Shown here piece by piece: positions 31,301 to 40,409 of a stretch of DNA of 64,000 nucleotides (positions within the stretch are counted from its first letter, which is position 1; each line of letters opens with the position of its first letter). Origin of the DNA: Dehalococcoidia bacterium (GTDB lineage: Bacteria; Chloroflexota; Dehalococcoidia; SZUA-161; SpSt-899); NCBI GenBank assembly GCA_046545575.1, contig JBKGZM010000003.1, positions 5,118 to 69,117 on the forward strand. The letters are read 5' to 3'. The notes below the pieces were generated by a model, which was given only the letters and a program-made list of their open reading frames with translations, had not been told where the DNA came from and did no database searches. Made by a program: the position numbers and the translations under genes.

Positions 31301-31962
31301 GTACAGTGGCGCAGATCGCTCTCGCATCCATAGCGGTTCAGGACTTTGTTAGCTTCCGCTGGAACAAGTGGAGACGGCACGGCCTGGTCTTCCCCGGCTT
31401 TACTGACAAAGATGCAACCATGTTCCCCGAGCAGTTCGATGGGGAGTTCGCAATGCTCCATCGTGTTGTGCCACACATATGGATCACCTTCTCTCCCCAT
31501 CTCCGTTGTCCCTGGCCGCGGAAGGAACATAAGATAGTGGCGGGTACAACTTCCGGAATGCTGTGGGATGCAGTAAAGATAGGTGCTGGAGCTCAACCAA
31601 TAAAGACAAAATATGGATGGCTTCTCGTCACTCATGGCGTCGACTATACGCATATCTACCGTCTCGGTGTGATGTTGCTCGACCTGGATGATCCCTCAGT
31701 GCTTCTCTACCGTTCACCGAACCCTGTGCTTGAGCCAGTGGAGGATTGTGAGATAGGACATCCTGACACATGTTGGGTGCCAAATGTGGTGTTCACCTGT
31801 GGAGCCATAGCAGCCAAGGACAAGAAAACTCTCGAAGACGAGGATGAGATACTGGTTTACTATGGAGCCGCTGATACGTCAATCAGCGTGGCCACTGCCA
31901 CGGTTGGTGACCTCATCCCCAAGCAAGTCAGGGATGCTCTGCTAGTCAATTACCGTATCTAA
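28327..31962 (+). CDS. large cytosolic multidomain protein: N-terminal GT-A-like glycosyltransferase, about 600 aa unassigned, C-terminal GH130 (DUF377) glycoside-phosphorylase-like beta-propeller
   Basis: The ORF is open from TTG 28183. ATG 28327 (MDAFEEV...) has GGAGAGG 5-6 nt upstream, giving 1211 aa. N-terminus: VVGIPFYNEVDTL...LLEAD (GT-A nucleotide-sugar fold pattern). C-terminus: GNPILNP...NPGTIRLGDKIYLVYRA...GCEDPRLT...YTAY...YYGAADT, typical of GH130. Confidence 0.7.
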   Translation: MDAFEEVNNRFRTSLKEHLAHALRQFEEADIVVGIPFYNEVDTLSHVVKTVEEGLKRFYPDSRSVIIAVGSSAGREALEAIEALPQSNIRRMAFLLEDGQLEGKGWHIRAIMEIALNLGADLVLLEADLESRFNNGEVEGLSPEWIDLLLRPIKSEGVDLVLSRFNFHHLDAQVCSNVAQPLLAALYGYSLGCLIGGQWGISYPLLRLYSQEPPQAWMTAITGYGIDSWLATTAIASEARICAANLGIKIHTVSWAKSELVSRQVIKSLFDQIVNVPKWWRGNGASDAAPMVQPIPVMGAQKMQRPDPVTIHPHVLMSRYSNSFNLFHSLYQRIFPKETYQHLAKMASIDHAEADFPLTLWAKIVYRFLLAYAFKTDMSRDDLFNAFISLHNRFVVSFATEMGILRNKLKALPSLEAEELLSAKAGKREEDLTNEFLRQCPGFLSAWEKKAEERKPPVPQITYREFIPGVPLVVPPELVAPDGKKVYAEEIYKSIFTRQKAEFEQFVHGFLNVPQGARSGEITAAIRDFLHQVEVAIPPTGSLSSLMRTKELVNFVFHNFPHEEGFSLTSDMAFWLLWQHPPSSLVNRMGYSNLSELLQDYDPLDTLALASWIEDRDYMEELRRLIAENIRPEHFTICPIEPLVVSHQDFPSLVEMKESSALDKLTSRVVVSSLHKGMGGEFPKLRYLTSITKNIVEAERFGKVWQRFASIRREFGLRVINSLEGHWGREPLSAHNIFEDGHHRMLTKRLRQMADKIGSEADKDLNPAELSGSLKAMADSYHLALTLPDGKFVTCSAWSWASYSFKGGQDLPSPLSLHVERDWFSREFLIEYFKAAGGKETEVEQRIVELMEQGREWEDLASILLGTEKETAQEIVSKDTAPSMQPEAGLLKRFGGNPILNPIKNHYWESKYVLNPGTIRLGDKIYLVYRAFGDDEISRLGLALSEDGFRFSERLEFPIFGPKTKSEEKGCEDPRLTLIGDWIYMLYTAYSSTVAQIALASIAVQDFVSFRWNKWRRHGLVFPGFTDKDATMFPEQFDGEFAMLHRVVPHIWITFSPHLRCPWPRKEHKIVAGTTSGMLWDAVKIGAGAQPIKTKYGWLLVTHGVDYTHIYRLGVMLLDLDDPSVLLYRSPNPVLEPVEDCEIGHPDTCWVPNVVFTCGAIAAKDKKTLEDEDEILVYYGAADTSISVATATVGDLIPKQVRDALLVNYRI

Positions 31963-32472
31963 CTCCCTGGCCGCCTCGATGGCGCTCTGAAATGCGCCGA
32001 ATTTTATGTCCTGGATGATTCCTTGTTCATCAATTAGGAAAGTAGTAGGAAAAAACCGGATTTGGTATTTCGAAGCCACTGAACCGCTGGCATCGAGGAG
32101 CACAGGGAAAACAAGGCCTGAACTTTGTGTAAATTGCTTCACACTGGAAAGAGACTCACCTACGTTAACTGCAAGCACCACTGCCTCCTCCGAGTAGCCT
32201 TTGAAAGCTGAGTTGAGATATGGCATTTCCACCCGGCAAGGACCGCAGGACGATTGCCAGAAGTTGAGTAAGACTGCTTTCTCTTGAAAATCACTGAGAG
32301 AGATATCTTTCCCTTCTACACCGGGAAGGGTAAAATCAAAAGCTGGCTTGCCAATTTGAGGTCCTGCTTTCGTTGGTTCATCCTCCGAGGAACACCCAGT
32401 AATAAGCAGTGTGGGCAAAAGGGCAATGATCAACGTCACAATAGACAAATTTTTTGCTGTGATCAGTTTCAA
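31942..32472 (-). CDS. TlpA/ResA-like thiol-disulfide oxidoreductase lipoprotein
   Basis: 176 aa. Lipobox LITGC and thioredoxin fold with FWQSSCGPC (CxxC). Adjacent to ccdA. Confidence 0.85.
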   Translation of the reverse strand: MKLITAKNLSIVTLIIALLPTLLITGCSSEDEPTKAGPQIGKPAFDFTLPGVEGKDISLSDFQEKAVLLNFWQSSCGPCRVEMPYLNSAFKGYSEEAVVLAVNVGESLSSVKQFTQSSGLVFPVLLDASGSVASKYQIRFFPTTFLIDEQGIIQDIKFGAFQSAIEAARELDTVID

Positions 32473-32491
32473 TTTACTCCCTCCTCTCCTA

Positions 32492-33190
32492 CTAAGGACT
32501 CAGCCATTGAAGCTTATTGAGAATCGTTAATACACCCACCGCTATCAACAACAACCCGCTGATAGTAGAGACCAGGGGAGTATAGCGACTGAATCGCTTT
32601 AGCCATAAACTGATTGTGCCGACCGCAAGGCTAACAATCACAAAGGGCAAGCCTAAGCCGAGAGAATAAGCGATCAACAGATAGGCCCCACGCCAGGCAG
32701 TCTCCGAATTATAGGCCATTGCCAATATACCTCCCAGTATTGGACCAACACAGGGAGTCCATCCAAGGGAGAACGCCGCTCCGATGAGAAATGACCTCAA
32801 GTATCCTGTCCCACTACCTAGAGAAGAACCAACGCGTTTCTCGTAATTAAGCCATGGTATCTTGAAGCTCGCCAGAAGGAATAATCCAAAGAATACTAAT
32901 AGTGACCCGGATATCAGGTTCAGAGTCTGCAGATGGGCCCCGGTTGCAAACCCGGCTAGCCCCGCCGCTGTCCCCATCCCGGTGAATACCAATGAGAAGC
33001 CGGCTACGAAAACCAGCGCATGGAAAAGGGGACCTCGATATGCAGCTTTCCCGTCAGAGCTTAGCACAGACGCCCCGGCAACGTTAGCCAGATAGACCGG
33101 TACCAATGGCAATACGCACGGCGATAAGAAAGACAAAACGCCACCACCAAAAGCTACGATAAACGATATATTCCCCGTACCTACCATCAT
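32492..33190 (-). CDS. ccdA: cytochrome c biogenesis / thiol-reductant transfer membrane protein CcdA (DsbD family)
   Basis: 232 aa, 6 TM helices. Conserved FLSPCVLPLVP and GWTPCVGP cysteine motifs. Confidence 0.9.
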   Translation of the reverse strand: MMVGTGNISFIVAFGGGVLSFLSPCVLPLVPVYLANVAGASVLSSDGKAAYRGPLFHALVFVAGFSLVFTGMGTAAGLAGFATGAHLQTLNLISGSLLVFFGLFLLASFKIPWLNYEKRVGSSLGSGTGYLRSFLIGAAFSLGWTPCVGPILGGILAMAYNSETAWRGAYLLIAYSLGLGLPFVIVSLAVGTISLWLKRFSRYTPLVSTISGLLLIAVGVLTILNKLQWLSP

Positions 33191-34221
33191 CCGGAAAACA
33201 GGTCCCGTATTTTGTCTTCTGTAGGTTCCCTTACAATTCCATTTTCAGTGATAATAGCGGTCACATACCGGTTCGGGGTCACATCGAAGGCCGGATTGGC
33301 CACGTTCACACTGTCCGGCGCGATATGAGTTCCTTGGATGTGAGTTACTTCCTCCGGGCTCCGTTCCTCAATGGGTATGACTTCACCTGATGGCAAGGAA
33401 AGGTCTATAGTGCTGGTCGGTGCGGTAACATAGAAGGGCACGGAATTTTCCTTCGCCAGAACCGCAACTCCGTAGGTGCCGATCTTATTAGCTACATCGC
33501 CGTTGGCCGCGATTCTATCCGCCCCCACTACAACGCAATTGATCTTGCCCTTCTTCATAAAGTGTCCTGCCATATTGTCAGTTATCAGCGTCGTCGGTAT
33601 GCCTGCCTGGACAAGCTCCCATGCCGTGAGCCTGGCCCCTTGGAGCAAGGGACGTGTTTCATCGACGAAGACTCCAATCCTTTTTCCTTGCTCATGAGCC
33701 TCCCCGATCATTCCCATCGCCGTGCCATAACCAGCGGTTGCAAGCGCTCCGGCGTTGCAATGTGTGAGAATGTTGAATCCATCCTCGATGAGTTCAGCGC
33801 CCGATTGCGCAATCCGCCGGTCAACACCCGCCACTTCCTGTGCAATGCATTCAGCCTCTTCCATCACAGAAGCCCTGATCTCTTCAATTCTCGCGTCTTT
33901 ATCAATAGCTGCTTCCATCCTTTTAAGGGCATAAAAAAGATTGTATCCCGTGGGACGAGTAGCGGCAAATTCCTCCGAGACAGATTTCATCTTCTTCTGG
34001 AATTGCAATCGCGAGTTTGCCTCTACGGACTGTGTGGCCAGGGCAAGTCCGTAAACCGCCGCGACAGCAATGGCCGGAGCGCCGCGAACACGCATGTTCT
34101 TTATCGCTTCGATCACCTGTGGATACCGGGTGAATTCGAGATAGACCTCTTCAAGGGGAAGCCTTGTCTGATCAAGAAGCTTGAGTTTTCCGCTTTGCCA
34201 TTTCAGTGGTTCTATTCGCAT
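33187..34221 (-). CDS. mtnA: S-methyl-5-thioribose-1-phosphate isomerase
   Basis: 344 aa, eIF-2B alpha/beta/delta-like family. RVRGAPAIAV, CNAGALAT and VGADRIAANGDVANKIGTY motifs. Confidence 0.85.
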   Translation of the reverse strand: MRIEPLKWQSGKLKLLDQTRLPLEEVYLEFTRYPQVIEAIKNMRVRGAPAIAVAAVYGLALATQSVEANSRLQFQKKMKSVSEEFAATRPTGYNLFYALKRMEAAIDKDARIEEIRASVMEEAECIAQEVAGVDRRIAQSGAELIEDGFNILTHCNAGALATAGYGTAMGMIGEAHEQGKRIGVFVDETRPLLQGARLTAWELVQAGIPTTLITDNMAGHFMKKGKINCVVVGADRIAANGDVANKIGTYGVAVLAKENSVPFYVTAPTSTIDLSLPSGEVIPIEERSPEEVTHIQGTHIAPDSVNVANPAFDVTPNRYVTAIITENGIVREPTEDKIRDLFSG

Positions 34222-34241
34222 AAATTTTCCTTTTGTAGATT

Positions 34242-35294
34242 CTAAAATGCCTCAACCTCCGCCATCAAGGCCTCCAGGAAACCTCCCTCCTCCACGGTGC
34301 GGACCTTTTCTCCTTTCTTGAAAATAACTCCCCGGCCCTTCCCGCACGCTAGGCCTACATCAGCATCCCTGGCCTCACCGGGCCCGTTCACCACGCACCC
34401 CATCACCGCTACCTTTATGGACTTGTCCATCTTCGAAAGGCGCTCCTCAACCGCGTTGACCAGAGGAACAAGTTCTACTTCAGTACGCCCGCAGGTAGGG
34501 CAGCTAACCAGTGTAGGTCCCCGGTTGCTCATATTAAGCGACTTCAGAATCTCATATCCGGCGATTACCTCCTCGACGGGATCGCCGGTAAGGGAGACGC
34601 GAATGGTATCGCCTATCCCCTCATAAAGAAGTATGCCGATGCCCGTGGCACTTCGAATCGTCCCCTTTCCGGGTGTACCTGCTTCAGTGATACCCAGGTG
34701 AATCGGATATGCTGTTCGTTCTGCAAGCGCTTTGTTTGCCTCGATCGTGTCCAGCACATCAAAGGCCTTAAGCGACACCTTGATGAGTTCGAAATCAAGG
34801 CTCTCCAGCAGTTGAATCTCTCCCATGGCGGCATCGACCATTCGCTCCACATGGCTACGGTCTGCCCCATCTTCACTGAGTGGGGGAAGACTTCCGGCAT
34901 TCACCCCGACGCGTATAGGAACCTCACGCTCTTTGGCTGCCAGCACAACCTTCTTAATGTGTTCGGAGTCGCGAATGTTCCCGGGGTTCAAGCGCAGTCC
35001 GTCGACACCGCTCTCCAGTGCATGTAGCGCAAGCCGGTAGTCGAAATGGATATCGGCGATGATGGGGAGAGACGACTTTCTCTTTATCCCGGCAAGTGCC
35101 TCAGCCGCCTCCATATCGGGGACGGCTACTCTTACAATCCCACACCCATGCTCAGCCAGCTGGTCAATTTGAGCCACGGTGGATTTTATATCGCGTGTGT
35201 CCGTCTTGGTCATGGACTGGACAACGATGTCACCAGCACCACCAACTCTCACATCACCAACCTGAACAGGTCTGGAAGCCCGACGTTTAATCAT
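34242..35294 (-). CDS. ispG: 4-hydroxy-3-methylbut-2-en-1-yl diphosphate synthase (flavodoxin)
   Basis: 350 aa. VQSMT, RVAVP, CPTCGR and GCVVNGPGE motifs. Confidence 0.95.
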   Translation of the reverse strand: MIKRRASRPVQVGDVRVGGAGDIVVQSMTKTDTRDIKSTVAQIDQLAEHGCGIVRVAVPDMEAAEALAGIKRKSSLPIIADIHFDYRLALHALESGVDGLRLNPGNIRDSEHIKKVVLAAKEREVPIRVGVNAGSLPPLSEDGADRSHVERMVDAAMGEIQLLESLDFELIKVSLKAFDVLDTIEANKALAERTAYPIHLGITEAGTPGKGTIRSATGIGILLYEGIGDTIRVSLTGDPVEEVIAGYEILKSLNMSNRGPTLVSCPTCGRTEVELVPLVNAVEERLSKMDKSIKVAVMGCVVNGPGEARDADVGLACGKGRGVIFKKGEKVRTVEEGGFLEALMAEVEAF

Positions 35295-35304
35295 TTCATA
35301 TGTT

Positions 35305-36375
35305 CTAGGGCAATATATTTAGTCCACTAAAGAGCCGTGGAAGATCGAAATAGAGAATCAGCATGACACCGGCAGCGTTCAGAAACACAAAGGCTATCAG
35401 GTGTATGAGTCCCTCTTTCTGAGGTGATATCCTCTTCCCACGTCGGATCTTTTCCACGAGCACAAACGCTATTCGACCACCATCAAGAGCAGGTATGGGG
35501 AGCAGGTTCATAACCCCGAGGAAGATGCTCAATAGTCCTGTCCATTGCAGAACCGGCATGATTCCCATACTCGCCAACCTCCCTGTCTCCTGAATGACGG
35601 GGATTATGCCTATATGCTCGCGTGAGGCCTGTCCCTGAAAAAGAGCGATAATTCCACGTGCCGTTGCGTCTACCATGTCCCAAGTTTGTTTGGCTCCTTC
35701 AGCAACAGCTTCCCACGGTGGGAGCCACTCAGTCTCGGTAATAATGCGGCTCCATGAGAGTCCTATTCCCAATGCGCCCTCATCAGGGGGAGGATTGGGT
35801 CTGGGAACCATTTCCAACATCTGTTCCTCACTTTGCCGCTCCACCACCATGGTGATCTCCTGGCCTAGATTATCGTTAACGGTTTTCTGTAGCTCGTCGA
35901 AGTTCTTGACAGATTTACCGTTTATCTCCAGAATCTCATCACCGACCTCAAGCCCAGCGGCTTCAGCAGGTGAATCGCTGCTTACCATTGTTACCTCGAT
36001 TCCTTCCCCTCCAACAACTACCGGATGCGGTACCATGTAAACGATGCTGAACATGACCAGGGGAAACAACAACATCACCAGTGACCCGGCGCTTAGAATC
36101 AGTATCCTGCTGGCAGATCCCTGTCTCGCTAAGCTCCGCGGCTCAGCAGGGTCCTCCTCCCCCAGCATTTTGGTAAATCCTCCAAACGGAATCGCGTTAA
36201 TGGAATATTCCGTCTCACCTCTTCGAAAAGCAAAGATACGCGGAGGGAAACCAATACCAAATTCCAGGACTTTGACCTTCCGCCACTTGGCAGTGCTGAA
36301 GTGCCCCAACTCGTGGATAATCGTTAGGAAACTAAGTACAACGATAAAGATAATTATGGTCAATACAACACTCAT
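35305..36375 (-). CDS. rseP: RIP metalloprotease RseP (site-2 protease, M50)
   Basis: The ORF is open to 36408. ATG 36375 (MSVVLT...) forms an ATGA overlap with the dxr stop. HELGHF zinc motif and a PDZ domain are present. Confidence 0.9.
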   Translation of the reverse strand: MSVVLTIIIFIVVLSFLTIIHELGHFSTAKWRKVKVLEFGIGFPPRIFAFRRGETEYSINAIPFGGFTKMLGEEDPAEPRSLARQGSASRILILSAGSLVMLLFPLVMFSIVYMVPHPVVVGGEGIEVTMVSSDSPAEAAGLEVGDEILEINGKSVKNFDELQKTVNDNLGQEITMVVERQSEEQMLEMVPRPNPPPDEGALGIGLSWSRIITETEWLPPWEAVAEGAKQTWDMVDATARGIIALFQGQASREHIGIIPVIQETGRLASMGIMPVLQWTGLLSIFLGVMNLLPIPALDGGRIAFVLVEKIRRGKRISPQKEGLIHLIAFVFLNAAGVMLILYFDLPRLFSGLNILP

Positions 36376-37460
36376 TTTCCCCACCCCCATGCTCTTTCTC
36401 TTGCCCAAGCATCTGCCTCTAGGATTTCCTCCAGAGACGGATCGGATATTTGATTATGCTTATCAATTACGTCCTGGAGCAATCGTGGGATGTCGAGAAA
36501 GCCTATCTTTCCGGAGAGAAAGAGCTCCACTGCTATCTCATCCGCTGCACTCAGGACGGCCGGGTAAGTACCACCCGCTTTTCCTGCCTCAATGGCGATC
36601 TTGAGACAGGGGAGACTATCTAAGTCAACGGGATCAAAAATCAGTGAGTGTAAGCTGGCAAAATCAAGTTGAGGTAAACTTGAATTCTCCCAGCGCTCTG
36701 GATGCGAAAGGGAATATTGTATGGGAAGTCGCATATCAGGTGCGCCAAGTTGAGCCTTGATAGAGCTATCAGTGAACTTGACCATCGAGTGCACAATACT
36801 GCCTGGATGAATCATTACTTTGATTTTATCGAAAGAGACCCCGAAAAGCCAATGGGCCTCGATAACCTCCATCCCCTTGTTCATGAGATTGGCTGAATCC
36901 ACGGTTACCTTACGTCCCATCTTCCAGGTCGGATGATTCAGTGCTTCAGCAGGTGTTACTTTGGCGAGATCTTCTTGCGGAGTATCCTTGAAGGGGCCTC
37001 CAGAGGCTGTGAGGGCGATCTCCTCCACCTGGCTCCTTTCTCCCTGTAAACACTGCCAGATGGCACTGTGCTCGCTGTCAACGGGTCGAATCTCAACGTT
37101 ATGTGTTCGGGCTTCCTCCATCACTATCTTTCCCGCTACAACAAGTGATTCCTTATTGGCCAAGGCAATGAGTTTCCTGCTGCGGATTGAGGACAAAAGA
37201 GGCATCAAGCCCGCTTTCCCCGATGTTGCTACAACCACCAGATCAACATCCCGATGACTTGCAATGTCCTCCAAAGATGGTCCCTTCCCACCGATATGCA
37301 CCAGTTTAGGCTTAAATTCCTCAGCTTGCTTCTCCAGTAGCCCGACGTTACTTCCTGCAGCTAGTGCCACCACACTGAGATGGTCAGGGAATGCCCGAAC
37401 CACTTCCAGCGTCTGCTGGCCGATAGAACCGGTGGAGCCAAGCAAGGCGATTCTCTTCAT
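36372..37460 (-). CDS. dxr: 1-deoxy-D-xylulose 5-phosphate reductoisomerase
   Basis: 362 aa. LGSTGSIG NADPH motif, LANKESLV, DSEHSA and NKGMEVIEA. Confidence 0.95.
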   Translation of the reverse strand: MKRIALLGSTGSIGQQTLEVVRAFPDHLSVVALAAGSNVGLLEKQAEEFKPKLVHIGGKGPSLEDIASHRDVDLVVVATSGKAGLMPLLSSIRSRKLIALANKESLVVAGKIVMEEARTHNVEIRPVDSEHSAIWQCLQGERSQVEEIALTASGGPFKDTPQEDLAKVTPAEALNHPTWKMGRKVTVDSANLMNKGMEVIEAHWLFGVSFDKIKVMIHPGSIVHSMVKFTDSSIKAQLGAPDMRLPIQYSLSHPERWENSSLPQLDFASLHSLIFDPVDLDSLPCLKIAIEAGKAGGTYPAVLSAADEIAVELFLSGKIGFLDIPRLLQDVIDKHNQISDPSLEEILEADAWARERAWGWGK

Positions 37461-38296
37461 AAGATCACCATATACAGATAATAATACGTCAACACACCAG
37501 TGAAAAGGAGACTGTCCAGGCGGTCAAGTATGCCGCCATGTCCGGGGATAAGGGTACTGGATTCCCCAACTCCTGCTCCTCGTTTCAGCATCGATTCGGC
37601 CAGATCTCCTACCTGAGCGAAAACACCAACAACAATCCCGAGCACGAGCACTTTCCAGATCTCAACCTGTGAGCCCAACACCGTGGAAAAGGGAGATGCC
37701 TCAATCAATCCCAAGAGATAGCTGAGAATAACCACTACCGCAACGCCGGTAATTATCCCTCCTGCCGCCCCCTCACAGCTCTTGCCCGGACTGATACCTG
37801 GAGCCAGGGGATGTCTTCCCCACGCCCGACCCGTGAAGTACGCCATGCTATCCACAGCAAAGGTCGAAAGGATAGCCAGCAATGTCCATTCCCATCCGAA
37901 GTTTCCGCGGAGAAGTATCCAGAAGCTCAGCAGCCATCCCACATAGATTGTGCCCCCCAGGGTCCAGAGCCAATCACCAAATGCGCCCTCAGCACCGGCA
38001 TGGGAAATGAGTGAGCGCAACACAACCCAGATAAGCGGGAGTAGCACAATCACCGGTAACAGCCACACACTGTAGATTTCTCCACGATAGGCAAAATACA
38101 TGATGGCTGCTATCAAAAGCAGGCCAGGGAATAGCAGTGGAGTCTGCCCCTTTTTGCTGACCAATTGACGGAACTCATGGAACCCCAGGAGGGCTGCAGC
38201 ACCTATAATCAGAGAAAACCAGATGTCTCCCAACCAGATGGATGCTGCGATCACGGGGAGGAAAACGGTTGCGCTAATAAGTCTTTGTCGGAGCAT
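37457..38296 (-). CDS. cdsA: phosphatidate cytidylyltransferase
   Basis: 279 aa, polytopic. C-terminal signature S..KR...(K)D...L.PGHGGILDR.DS. Confidence 0.9.
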   Translation of the reverse strand: MLRQRLISATVFLPVIAASIWLGDIWFSLIIGAAALLGFHEFRQLVSKKGQTPLLFPGLLLIAAIMYFAYRGEIYSVWLLPVIVLLPLIWVVLRSLISHAGAEGAFGDWLWTLGGTIYVGWLLSFWILLRGNFGWEWTLLAILSTFAVDSMAYFTGRAWGRHPLAPGISPGKSCEGAAGGIITGVAVVVILSYLLGLIEASPFSTVLGSQVEIWKVLVLGIVVGVFAQVGDLAESMLKRGAGVGESSTLIPGHGGILDRLDSLLFTGVLTYYYLYMVIL

Positions 38297-38344
38297 GCTA
38301 TTGTGGATAACTGCGGGGAGAGGTTCACTGGCCTTCTAAAAGGT

Positions 38345-39109
38345 CTACTTGTTTGACCCCACCCCACCAAACCGGCGCTCCCGCCGACTGTACTCCAGGA
38401 GCGCCTGCATTACATCATCTTCGCCAAAGTCCGGCCAGGGGGTCGGAGTGGAATAATACTCACTATAGGCAGCCTGCCAGATGAGAAAGTTGGAAAGGCG
38501 CATTTCCCCGGCAGTGCGGATAATCAAGTCCGGATCGGGTAATTCATTGGTTAAGAGATAGCGGTTAAACGTCACTTCGCTAATATCATCCACTGTCAGA
38601 CCATCCTCGATAATCCTGCGCACGGCACTTAGAATCTCCGAACGCCCACCGTAGTTAAACGCCAGGTTAAGGGTCATTCGCGTATTGTTCCTGGTCAGAG
38701 CAATTCCATCCCCGATCTTCTTCTGTAATCCCTCACTCAATCCGTCAAGATCCCCCACATGGCTCAACTTGATGTTCTCATTGTGAAGATTTTGCACCTC
38801 TCGCTCGATGACCTCTTCAAGTATGTGAAAAAGGCCTTGTATCTCTTCGCTCGGGCGGGTCCAATTCTCAGTGGAGAACGCATAGAGAGTGAGGTACTTA
38901 ATGCCATGATTGGCAAATATCTTGATTACATTGCGGATATTCTCGGTCCCTGCGGAGTGCCCCTCAAGCCGGGTCAAGCCTCTACTCTGAGCCCATCTGC
39001 CATTCCCATCCATGATGATAGCAACATGGTTAGGAAGAGGACTGATACTGCTTTGAGAAGAATGCAACTCAGCCACTGCAGTTGCCTTTTGCATTGACTG
39101 CTTCGTCAT
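38345..39109 (-). CDS. uppS: isoprenyl transferase (undecaprenyl diphosphate synthase)
   Basis: 254 aa. HVAIIMDGNGRWA, TLYAFSTENW and IRTAGEMRLSNFLIWQ motifs. Confidence 0.95.
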   Translation of the reverse strand: MTKQSMQKATAVAELHSSQSSISPLPNHVAIIMDGNGRWAQSRGLTRLEGHSAGTENIRNVIKIFANHGIKYLTLYAFSTENWTRPSEEIQGLFHILEEVIEREVQNLHNENIKLSHVGDLDGLSEGLQKKIGDGIALTRNNTRMTLNLAFNYGGRSEILSAVRRIIEDGLTVDDISEVTFNRYLLTNELPDPDLIIRTAGEMRLSNFLIWQAAYSEYYSTPTPWPDFGEDDVMQALLEYSRRERRFGGVGSNK

Positions 39110-39121
39110 TGATGATCTCCG

Positions 39122-39679
39122 TTAGTCCTCCATAATTTCTTTCTCTTTATCTTTACCTATCGAGTCGATCTTCTCAATATAGCTGTCAGTCAATTTCTGG
39201 AGGTCCTGCTCGGCACGTTTTTCCTCGTCCTCAGAGATTTCCTTGTCTTTTTGCATCTGGCGCAGTTTTTCCATTGCCTCGCGTCTTACGTTGCGGATGG
39301 CAATTCGATCATCTTCCTCACGCCGCCGTACGGTTTTCACCAGCTCCTTCCTGCGCTCCTCGCTAAGTTCCGGTATTGTAAGTCTTATAATATTGCCATC
39401 GCTCGACGGATTGAGTCCGATATCCGACTTCTGTATAGCCTTCTCGATACTGGGAAACGACGATTTGTCCCAGGGCTGTATCGTCAGCATCCGCGCCTCC
39501 GGGACGGAGATAGTGGCAATCTGATTCAGTGGGGTAGGAACTCCGTAATAGTCGACCCGGATGCGCTCCACCAGCGATGGGCTGGCACGTCCGGTACGCA
39601 AACCAGCCATTTCTCTTCCGAACACCTCAACGGCTTTCTCCATTTTGTCTTCAGCTGTGCTAAGAACATCACTTATCAT
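39122..39679 (-). CDS. frr: ribosome recycling factor
   Basis: 185 aa with the canonical RRF sequence pattern (RTGRASPSLVE, IQPWD, LNPSSDGN, PELSEERRKEL). Confidence 0.95.
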   Translation of the reverse strand: MISDVLSTAEDKMEKAVEVFGREMAGLRTGRASPSLVERIRVDYYGVPTPLNQIATISVPEARMLTIQPWDKSSFPSIEKAIQKSDIGLNPSSDGNIIRLTIPELSEERRKELVKTVRRREEDDRIAIRNVRREAMEKLRQMQKDKEISEDEEKRAEQDLQKLTDSYIEKIDSIGKDKEKEIMED

Positions 39680-39689
39680 GATACTACCC

Positions 39690-40409
39690 TCAATCTGAGA
39701 CTAGTGATCCTGTGCTGCTGCCTATCACTGCCTGCTCTATGCCATGGGGCGCTTGGAGGTTGAATACCAGGATAGGCAGGTGGTTCTCCATACAGAGCGC
39801 GAAGGCTGTTGAATCCATCACTTCCAACCGCTGTTCTAAAGCTTCTTGATAAGTAAGCTTGTCGAACTTTTTAGCCCCTTTGTTAAGCAGCGGATCGGAG
39901 TCATAAACGCCGTCCACCTTGTTCTTCCCGAGCAGGAGGATCTCAGCACCTATATCCACTGCTCTGAGTGCTGCTGCGGTATCGGTGCTCATATACGGAT
40001 TACCAGTCCCTGCGGCAAATATCACAACCCGCCCCTTCTCCAGATGGCGTATTGCACGCCTCCTGATATACGGTTCAGCCACGGACTCCATCGATATGGC
40101 ACTCTGCGTCCGCACAGTCACTCCCTGTTTTTCCAGGGCATCTTGAAGGGCCAGGGCATTGATCATTGTAGCGAGCATTCCGGCGTAATCAGCCGTGGAA
40201 CGATCCATGCCTTTCGCCTCAGCGGCATTTCCTCTCCATATATTCCCACCCCCCACAACCATCGCGATCTCAGTCCCAGTTTCCTTAACCTCGATAATTT
40301 GCCGCGCAATCTCCTTCAGTACATTGGAGTCGATACCAAACCGTTCCTCCCGGGAAAGTGCCTCACCGCTGATTTTCAGCAGGACGCGCTTGTATTTGGG
40401 TTGGCTCAT
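39690..40409 (-). CDS. pyrH: UMP kinase
   Basis: 239 aa. [22 protein letters not shown] and [20 protein letters not shown]. Confidence 0.95.
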   Translation of the reverse strand: MSQPKYKRVLLKISGEALSREERFGIDSNVLKEIARQIIEVKETGTEIAMVVGGGNIWRGNAAEAKGMDRSTADYAGMLATMINALALQDALEKQGVTVRTQSAISMESVAEPYIRRRAIRHLEKGRVVIFAAGTGNPYMSTDTAAALRAVDIGAEILLLGKNKVDGVYDSDPLLNKGAKKFDKLTYQEALEQRLEVMDSTAFALCMENHLPILVFNLQAPHGIEQAVIGSSTGSLVSD

